IMG/VR virus record: IMGVR_UViG_3300025133_000079
Direction: 5' to 3' (one strand)
Length of the DNA stretch: 20,000 bases
DNA from: an uncultured virus (IMG/VR IMGVR_UViG_3300025133_000079)
Taxonomy: Duplodnaviria; Heunggongvirae; Uroviricota; Caudoviricetes
Shown here piece after piece: positions 9,420-19,200 of the stretch. A model generated the notes under the pieces. That model was not told the origin of the DNA. It worked only from the letters and a program-made list of their open reading frames with translations, and did no database searches. Within the stretch, counting starts at the first letter, position 1, and the number at the start of each line of letters is the position of its first letter. Made by a program: the position numbers and the translations under genes.

Positions 9420-9722
9420 ATGATACTGAATACAACAACATCACTACCGAGAACGGTCAATGTGGCAAGCACCACGGCGGCAGCAGCGACACTGGCAGCA
9501 GCACCAGGCGCAGGGAAAAGCATTATCCTTGTAGACTTGATAAATGGAGACGGCACCAACATGGCCACCTTAAAGGAAGATAACAGCAGCGGGGCTGTAA
9601 TAGCACAAGTCCCAGCGGGTGGATCAATCAGCTTGAATGCCCCAATTACTGTCACAGCTAACAAGGCAGTTCATGTTGCTACATCCACCAAGTTCACCGC
9701 CACTTATATGGTCGAAGGCTAA
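9420..9722 (+). CDS. Small beta-strand-rich phage protein, probably virion structural (100 aa)
   Basis: ORF with an SD-like site. The protein is Thr/Ala/Val/Ser-rich with an alternating strand pattern. Its stop overlaps the next start (TAATG), and it sits between structural genes. Confidence 0.7.
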   Translation: MILNTTTSLPRTVNVASTTAAAATLAAAPGAGKSIILVDLINGDGTNMATLKEDNSSGAVIAQVPAGGSISLNAPITVTANKAVHVATSTKFTATYMVEG

Positions 9723-10243
9723 TGGCATTTACCAAAAAGTCATCCACCCCGGTCCAAAGGATTGAGGGAGAGTACCCAGAACTTCCAGATGGAGGCGAGC
9801 TGGGGCTGGATGAATGGTGGCTGGATACCAGGGGGGTCTTAAACAGGGTAAGGGACAAAATAGATGACGTTGCCGAGGCACAAACTACAACCCCAGTAGC
9901 GCCACTTACGGCGGCAGAGATAAAGGCTTTATACGAAACAAACTCTAACACCAACAACTTCACAGACTCCCACCTGAAAAGCCTAGAATCACTATCTAGC
10001 TACGGCGATCAGCCCAGGGAAAATATATCTAACACCAGTAGCACCTCGTCAGACAGGTATCTATTCACGGCAAGCACGAACCAAGGGCAATGGATAATCA
10101 ACCATCAACTAGGGTTTCTACCTAACGTACAAATCTACAACTCTGCATTAGAAGAAATAGAAGCTGACATACAACACACAGACAACTACGAAACAATCGT
10201 CAATTTCACAGGAACAACCACAGGCTACGCAGTATTAAGTTAA
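9722..10243 (+). CDS. Putative tail-fibre adaptor/connector protein with a C-terminal HxLG beta domain (173 aa)
   Basis: Coupled to the upstream gene through TAATG. It contains TAAEIKALYETNSNTNNFTD (9908-9967), resembling a shaft repeat seen in phage fibres. Its C-terminal QWIINHQLGFLPNVQIYN..EIEADIQH..IVNF..GYAVLS domain resembles the C-terminus of the following giant fibre. Confidence 0.7.
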   Translation: MAFTKKSSTPVQRIEGEYPELPDGGELGLDEWWLDTRGVLNRVRDKIDDVAEAQTTTPVAPLTAAEIKALYETNSNTNNFTDSHLKSLESLSSYGDQPRENISNTSSTSSDRYLFTASTNQGQWIINHQLGFLPNVQIYNSALEEIEADIQHTDNYETIVNFTGTTTGYAVLS

Positions 10244-10247
10244 CATC

Positions 10248-13200
10248 ATGGCAAACAAGAAGGTATTCACCAATTTACAGTTCGAGGGAAGCTCCGAGCT
10301 AATCAACCCAAAGCTAAACCCAACGGGAACCGCACCAGCTTCCAAGGGGCCGGGACAAGCCTACTTTGATACAGGCACAGGCGGCACACTCAATCTACAA
10401 TTTGCAGCGGCAGGAGCAGCTAACAACGGGGATTGGAGAGCAGTCCTCACATCTGGTGTCAATTTTTCTACATCTGGAGTTTATCAATCAACATTGGCAG
10501 CTAGTGGTGGAAGCTCACCGCCGTTTGTGGTCGCCTCTGACGATCTGGTAACGAACCTCAACGCTGACAAGCTGGACGGGTATCACATTTCTACAACTGC
10601 GGCCGCCTCCAAGATTCCCGTCTACGGTACGGGCGGCGTACTCAAGGTAGGCACACCCCTAGCCGATGACGATGCGAGTTCAAAATTATATGTCGATACC
10701 GCAGTACAAGGGCTGGAACACAAGGAGAGCGTTAGGTTCACCACTACGGGAAATATCGGCTTAACAGGATTAGGCCAAGGCAATGTAGACGGCACTCATG
10801 CTGCTGGTGATCGTATTCTAGTTAAGAATCAAGACGCAGCCGACGAAAACGGAATCTACATAGCAAAACCTACTGGTGTGGATTGGGTGCTGGCGACTGA
10901 TGCTGACTTAAATTCAGAGATATTCGTTAACGGGGCGTTCGACACCGTTGATGATGGGCAGACAGGGCATGATAATACTGACGGAACTATTGACGGGTGG
11001 ACAAACCTAGTTGGAAACCGCCTGTCTCTTGTGTCCAATAAATTGCGGATTACACCTGACGGAACAAACGCAAACTCTGGCGCACAAATTAGTTTCACAA
11101 CCGAGGTGGGGAAATACTACCGACTCTCCATTGATGTAGACACAGACCCGCTGAACGGAAATACGTCTTATGCCTTTTTAAAGATAGTAGGTAGCACAAC
11201 AATCAAAACATCAGCGACGTATTCTGGAGCAACAGCGCAAACGGGAGAGGTCTTTGTTTTTAGGGCAACTACCACAAGCACAAGTTTGCAGTTAATAAAC
11301 GGCTCCTCCCCAGCAGACAGAGTAGTTGATTGGGACAACATAAGCGTCAAGGAAACTGATTTAGGTGAAGGGGCGTTTGTTTTTATTGAGCAGGGAACCA
11401 CTCTCTCAAATTCATCATGGGTTCTTGCTGATGCAGATACCCACACTTGGACACAATTCAGCGGGGCTGGACAGATCAGCGTTACGTCTACAGCGGGAAC
11501 AACTGCATCATCTTCGGCAGGGCCGTTAATCAAGTCAGGTGACACGATTGATTTCGGGTATAGTGAAAACTTCTTCAACTTGGATTCTAACCTTAACCTT
11601 GGACTGAAGCCGGGAGGGATTACCGAATCCAGACTAGCCGACGATGCAGTAACACCAGCCAAGTTGTTGGAGACGGGTGAGTTTCAGATGGCCAAACTGG
11701 GTATTGGGCTAACTCCCAGTGCAGCACTTCATGTAGCACCCGATAACAACAATAATGATGGCGACATAAAAGTTGGCACACGGGGGTGGTTTAGTCATAG
11801 GGACGGTGGTCAAACCAGCACTTGGGTTGCAAATGACTACAACAGCGATGCTGCACGGTTTGGTATCAGAATGAAAGGCGTTGCTGAAAGCAATGAAGTT
11901 TTTACTGTATTGGGCAGCAGCAAGATCGGCATAGGAGCAGACGCAACCTCACCCAGCGGAACCCTGCACGTTTCCACGGCGAAGAACGGGCCAGAGACAG
12001 TAAGCAATGGAGATTTTGCGTTTACTGTAGCTAGTGGGGGTTCTGGTTCTGGTTGGTATTGTAACTCTGGTTGGTCAGTCAATGGGAGCGTAGCGGTATC
12101 AGCGGGTTCAGGTGGTCGTATTTATACAAATGCAAATGCAAACGGTGGAACTGCCGCCGGGAGAAGATACAGGTTTTCGTTTGATTACGTTAAAACATCG
12201 GGTGGTTCAGTTTATTTGCAATATAACGATGGTGCTTATGTGAATATAGCAGAAGGGTCTGGATCAGATGGAACGGTTACTGGCACGTTCATAACGGGTG
12301 TAGGCTTTACTGGTTATTTTTATTTTGAGTCTGTTGGGAGTTGGGCCGGGACAATTGATAATTTCACGGTCAAGGAGGACATGACTTACGGCGCAAGTGG
12401 AACCATATTTGGTTACGCTGACGAGCTTGTAATTAACAACACGGCAGAAGCGGGACTTTCCATACTGGGGTCAACTGATTCTAGGGTACATTTTGGTAAC
12501 TCTGGTTATCCTGCCCATTCCCAGATCGTTGGCACATTAGATGCCAATAAGGATTCCAAATTAGAATTTAAGGTTACTGACGGGGCGGCTGATGCCACCA
12601 CCGGGATGACCCTGTTCGGTGCTGACAAGTCGGTGAAGATTGAGGGTGGACTTGGGGTTGGAGGGGTAACGGCAGGGATGAGTGGTGCTTTTATTGCTGG
12701 GGGCTATACGGCAATTGAAAGGGCATCAACAGTCCCAGCTTACGCTGCTCTTTACCTCACTAAAACAGGCAGTTCTGGCAACCAAGTTCTGGCCGATTTT
12801 AATTATGGTGCAACGGCTGGCACGGTTGGCTCAGGAACAACAGCGGTTCAGCTTGCCAAGGATACTTCGTACTTCAAAAGCAACGTGGCGATTGGTGGGA
12901 CTACTGCTTCAGCGCAGCTACAAGTCCATGATGACACTAATCATTGTGCTATTCATGTTACCACAGGTGGAACGAATAAGAATGTTGATTTAAAACTTAC
13001 ACCCACAGGCACAGGATCGGCATTTATTGATTATGGTATTGGGGCTGGGTCTGACATTCTATTTTATAGTCGTAAGACTAATGTTGGCAATGTTCTGGCG
13101 ATAGATGGTGACGGAACCCAAGACCACTACGGCAACTCCATAGTAAACAGCAGCACGGTGCAGGGGCTTCAGGACGGGGCTTGTTACGACTTTAGGGGAG

Positions 13201-16200
13201 CAGCAGATGACGATTATGTAAAAGTGACGGGCATTGACCCAACAACTCAATTCTTACTTGACACAATTACAGTCTCCGCTTGGGTTAAGATTGACGCTGC
13301 GTCTAGTTGGGGAACGATTGCGATGCAAACTGACTCCAGTTCCTTTAATAAAGGTTGGGGGCTTAACTTTTACGGCTCTACCGCCAATCTTTCATTTTGG
13401 GTTGACCATTACTCCGACTATGCGGCGGCGGATGTTTCGGCCTATTACGGCAAGTGGCTTCATGTAGTTGGAACCTATGATGGGACATATCAAAAGCTAT
13501 ATTTTAATGGGGTTGAAGTAGATTCAGAAGCAGATACTTGGACAAATAAAGGGGCGGCAACGAACGAGATTCACATAGGGGCGGGGATGGCCGCATCCAA
13601 CACCTCTGCTGATTACGGGCTTGACGGCCAAATCCGAGACGTAAAAATCTTCCCCTCGGCCCTCACCGCACCAGACGTTCGCAAATTGTATTCTGGCGAG
13701 AACCCGAAGAAAAATCTGAATGTTGAACGCTTGCCTGACCCTTCGTTTGCTAACTCAAGCGTGTGGACAGAAGGAGATGGCTGGTCGGTAACGGGCAGCG
13801 TAGCGTCAATCGACGGCAGTCAGTCTGCGGACAGTTATTTAACTACGACCACAGCAGTCGTTGAATCGCAGAAAACGTACCTCCTGTCGGCAACTGTAAC
13901 CGCACACCAAGCGGGGTCTTTTCAGTTTGATATTGAAAATGACGGAGTAGCGGCAAGTTCCTCAAAATCAGGCACGGGGGTTCATTACCATGTGGTGACG
14001 ATTCCGAATGTTTCGGGCAACTTCTATTTTAGGCTTCGGGCAAGCTCCTCATTCTACGGCACGATCAGCGATGTCTCCGTCACCGAAATCCCAACCCTAA
14101 TTGACTTCAACTCCAGATCGGCATCCAGCGGCACTTGGTACAACGCTGCCATCCCTAGTCTCTACAACGGCACACTCCAAGGTGGAGTCACGTTGTCGGC
14201 TGGGTCTACGGATCACCGAGTGGAGAATGCGCTGGATGTGAACGGTGCGCTGGATGTTGATGGTGCGCTTACGGGTACTACGGCTGCGTTTAGTGGGGCA
14301 GTAGAGTTTTCAAATCGGGCAAGACTGATGGCCAACACCGCTCTGTTGGGACAAACATCTGGCGCAACATCCACCCAGTTAATATGGTGGGGTGGAGCTT
14401 CGGCTTACTACGGAAGGGCAAGCACTTCGCCTGAAGACGGAACCGTTACAAACCATATCTTTAGGGCTGCTGGAAATGATCGGCTTACGGTATCTGGTAC
14501 TGGCACAGCCGTTGTCGGTGTGGGTTCATTTACAGGCGCAATCTCGGCTGGGACTGGTTCCGCAAATTATTGGGTGCTTAACGGAAACGTGGCAGGGCAA
14601 CCCGTCTATGTCAACGCTACTGGATCTGACACGAATATAGGATTTGATTTTAATTCCAAAGGTACTGGAAACCATCGGCTTAATGTCAACAGCATCAACC
14701 GCCTCAAGGTCTCCAACACAGGTGTAGCCGTCACAGGTGCGCTGGATGTGACGGGCAACGTCCGAGGCGAAGCAGATGACAAGACGGTACTGCTGATCCA
14801 CTCCGACACTACGGACGGGTCAACCACGTTTGTTGATAGCAGTCCGAGTGGTCATGCGATTACGGCTACTACCACCCTGCATAAAACCACAACTGTCCAG
14901 CCCGGTTTCGGTGCATCGTCAATATACTTCAGTTCAACTGTTACCGACCAGTTAAAGGTTGCGGGATCGACCGACTTTGATTTTGGCGCAGGCGACTTCA
15001 CCATCGACGCTTGGAGCCGCATTTCTGGCAGCGGAGCGTACCACGTTATTTGTGAAATGGGGTTAGTCAGCGATGGCATACTGATTAGGCACACTAGCCT
15101 TTCTAGCTTGGTTGTTTATGTAAACAATACCGCCGTAATTAACTATACAGGGACGTTTGTTCAGAATGTCTGGAATCATTTAGCCGTTGTTAGGAGCGGA
15201 GGGACTTTAACTTTATATGTCAACGGCGTAAGTGTCGCCTCTGGTGCTTCTACCCAAAGCATTACGGTTTCTAACAATACGGGTAGCTCTGTTTCTGGAA
15301 ATCTCAACTCCGACTTAATTTTAGGGAGAACCAACCACAGCGCATCCCAAACTGCAAACGGTTACCTAGATGAGTTCCGAATCTCCAAGGGAGTCGCCCG
15401 TTGGACATCCAATTTCACGCCCCCAGCCAGACCGTACTCAACTGTCAACGATGAGTTTTTTAATGACTATGAGAACATTGCAAAGTCTGGGATTGGAACT
15501 GGGGTTATACAGACTTCCGCTGATGGTAATTTAGGGGTGGGCATAACGCCTTCGGCTTGGAGTGACACATGGGGTCGAAGTCTTGATATTGGAACTCAAG
15601 GAGCCATCGTTTCACGCAAAACCGACACGGGCAACATTGGTTTATGGTTGTCAAATAATGCTTATTACAATGGGACAAATTGGGTACGCAAGAACGATGG
15701 AGAGGCTAGTCGGCTTGCTTTTGGAAATTCAAACACTATTGATCTTCAAGTTGAGGCTACTGAAGGGAATGCTGGCGATACAATAACATGGACTAATGGT
15801 CTGACTGTAGATAATTCTGCCAACACCAAAGTCCACGGCAAGCTGGGAGTGGGTACTGTTCCGAGTGTTGCACTAGAGGTCAAGCCTCCAACCTCGGATG
15901 CTAATGTGGTGGAAACGGCCCGTCTGTATCACGCTGGAGGGTCTGTCGGATCGGGAGTGAAACTGTCTATGGGTGTTGGCACTTCTAGTTTCACAGAGAA
16001 GGCGCACATTCGTACATCGATAGTGTCTGGTGGTGCTGGCGAGTTTTTCATCAGCACCAATAGTTCAGACCGACTCAAAATAGACTCCTCTGGCGACACC
16101 ACGCTGACGGGTTCGTTGGCGGCAGTATCAACTCAAGTTGCCCAAACCACAGCACTCATTAGCGCACGGGCCAACGGGAACAGTTTTGAATTTGGCCACG

Positions 16201-19200
16201 GAAATAACAACGGCTACGCCTCAACTATTGGTTGCAGCAGCAACAGCGGCTACCCGTTCCTAGCGTTTAGTGCCGAAGCGGGAACGAACAGCAACACGTT
16301 CAAAACACGGGGGCTGAAGGGCAATGTCATCAGCGCAGACACCTCTGGGAATCTGACATTTAACCAAGTAACGACAGCAAGCGCAGACAACCAAGCATTG
16401 GTAGAAAGAATGCGAATCGACAGCGCGGGAACGGTTTCGGTGACTACCGCAACGACGACTGGATTAACACCGTTACTGCTCGACTCGCGGTATCGCTTGA
16501 GGTTTATCAATCACGATACGGGCACGGGGGGAATGCAGTTGCAGGTGCAGAATACCGACGAGACGGGAACTGCCAATATAAGTTCGAGGACGTTGATTGT
16601 AAATCCGGGTGGCGGCAACGTGGGCGTGGGCGGTGCGCCAGTTGGTAAGGTTTCCATTATAGGCGGTACTGCAACTAGCGAAGCTTCACACCTAACATTT
16701 GAAAACACGGCCGGTGCAAAAGTATTTGCTGTCGGCGGTGGTAAATCTGGAGTGAGCAATAATGGTTTTTGTGTTGTTAACGTAACCGATGATACTGCGC
16801 CTTTAACCATCTCAGACGCGGGAAACGTGGGCGTGGGCGTGACGCCAAATGCCAACTGGAGTGGAACGGGAGTTACGCTGCAATTGGGCAACACGGCGCA
16901 TATGACGTCATCGAACGACTGGCTGTATAACGGCAGTAACTACTATTACAGCAACGCGGACGCAGATAGATGGAGGTATGCCACCTCCGCTGCGGCAACA
17001 AAGCACACACAAGGCGCGGGGAGTCACACATTTTCTGTAGCAGCCAGCGGGGTAGCAGACGCAGCAATAGATTGGACAGACGCACTCACCATCTCAAGCG
17101 CGGGGAACGTGGGCGTGGGTTCGAGTTCACCAGACACGCTGCTTCATCTAGAAGGTGCTAATGCTACCGGCAACACAAATCCAATAACATTACGATTTAC
17201 CGATATTGACACGGCATCCGCCGTTGATCAGATTGTTGGTAGAATTGAGTTTGAGGGGAGGGATGGTGCGGCGGCTGGCGTTGGTTCGTATATCCAAGGC
17301 GTCGCTGAAGATACTTCGGGCAACCAGTATATGTCGTTCGGCACAGGTGCGGGTGGTAGTGCATCAGAGCGTTTGCGGATAGACTCCTCTGGCGACACCA
17401 CGCTGACGGGTTCGCTGACGGGTACTACGGCTGCGTTTAGTGGGGCTGCTTCTGCACTTACTCTTGGGGTGACTGGAACATCTAACAATACAGGCCGAGG
17501 AATATCTTTATATAATGGTGCGGTATCGGGGGAGCCTACTTATGGCTTGATGTTTCAAGGAACAGCCACATTTGGTACTCACGGAGCTGTCACAGGTGGC
17601 TGGGCAACTTATTTTACTATGGACGGAACCGCTGGGCGCGGTTGGATATTTAGAGATGTAGACAATGGAAATGCTGCTTCTATTAGCAATACAGGTAGTG
17701 CTACGTTTAGTGGGGCGTTAGATGTTACAGGAACAATTACTGGTGATGATGGATTATCTATACAAGGCGGAGCAGGGAATGCTTACTTACAAGTGGGGTC
17801 TAACACAGGTTCGTGGACTTGGAAAAACTATCAAAATACTCACAAATTAGCACTAGAAGACTCTGATGGCACTGGTGAAGTTTTAAACTTTGACACATCA
17901 GGCAACGCTACGTTCAGCGGTTCGTTGGCGGGGACTACTGCTACGTTTAGTGGGCGAATATCTTGCGGCAGCGACAGCAATGCTGTGGGGTTGAGTATTA
18001 AGGGCAGGGCATCTGATGATATTTCTGAAATAAACCTACTGGAAAATGACGGTGTAACGGGTCTAGGGCGGATTCAAGCACGGACAACCGAGGTGCTAGT
18101 AGCAACACTAACGGATATTCCATTAGCGATACACACAAACAATGCTGAAAGGTTTCGCATTAGGGGAGACGGCACACAGGATCACAAAGCCAACCGCATC
18201 GTCAACTCGCAGACCGTCACCGATTCGCACAGGACAGCCGAGCCGTCATTGAGGTTTGATGGGAGTTCTGATTATGTAGCAATAGCGGATAACAATGCTC
18301 TGGACTTGGTTACTAACGGAACAGTAGTAGTTATTTTTAAGGCAACGTCGGTGGCAACTGAATGGCAGTCGATTATTTCAAAAAGGGCAACGGGTACAAA
18401 TTACGAGGTCGGCATATCGACAAGTAGCCGATTGTTTGTTTACAACGGATCAGCCGTTGGTTATTTCACTTTTACTCCTACCAACGATGTGTGGACGCAT
18501 TGTGCTGTTGTTTGGAGCGGGGCAACTGCATCTCTGTATATTAACGGAGTTTTCAAAGAGTCTACTTCTAGTGCCTTGGGTGCGGTAAACGCTCATTCCT
18601 TGGGCATTGGTGCTTTACCCTCTGGTTCTCAAGGTTTCCTCGGCGAAATCAAAGACGTTCGCATCCACAACCGAGCCTTGGAAGATACCGAGGTAGCGGC
18701 GGCTTACAATGGTGAATCGACTCCGTTTAAGTATGCTGACTCTGCTGGCGATGTAGTCCCTACCACATCTAACTCTAATGCTGCTGATTGGACTGAAAAT
18801 CCTGATGCTGATCTGGTTTTTGACTCCGACCACATGGAGGTGTCCAACACTACGGCAAACCACGGGGTATACCTCACTCCAGCTAATATGGGCATTACGG
18901 CTACAGCGGGTAGGCGTTATCGTATTTCGGCAAAGATAAAAAGTGGATCAGCAAGTGCCGTCCCAGTTACCCTACAAGCATGGCCGTTATCAAGTAATGT
19001 AGAGGCGGGTAATGCTTTTGTATCCCACACCGCTACATCTGAATTTGTTCTAGTGTCCACGGAGTTTACTATGGGTGCGACAGCATTTAGCCAAATAGGT
19101 GTGTGGCCTTCTTCTGATTTAGCTGGAGCCAATATTGAGTTTAAGGACTTTAAGTTTGAGGAAGTCGGAGAAGTCGCCGCCTACACGCCGCAGTCGATTG

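Larger units (their letters stand above)
14271..17446 (+). repeat. Exact 29-bp direct repeat ACGGGTACTACGGCTGCGTTTAGTGGGGC at 14271-14299 and 17418-17446
   Basis: Read directly; encodes TGTTAAFSGA. A related 16-mer, TGCTACGTTTAGTGGG, occurs at 17699-17714 and 17939-17954. Confidence 0.92.

Noticed and set aside
9406..9423. Mini-ORF MRKLL* overlapping the start of the 100-aa gene
   Set aside because: It has only five codons, and its ATG is part of the SD-like TGAGGA. Nothing suggests it is translated.
9498..9521. Walker A-like AAPGAGKS in the 100-aa protein
   Set aside because: The protein is too small and beta-rich. The motif follows an Ala run rather than a hydrophobic strand, and there is no Walker B or NTPase context.
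14228..17954. Repeats as a CRISPR array, DGR template/variable repeat pair, or shufflon sites
   Set aside because: Spacing is irregular and the repeats are in-frame coding sequence. They are direct rather than inverted and show no adenine-specific mismatches. No RT, recombinase or cas gene is present in the window.
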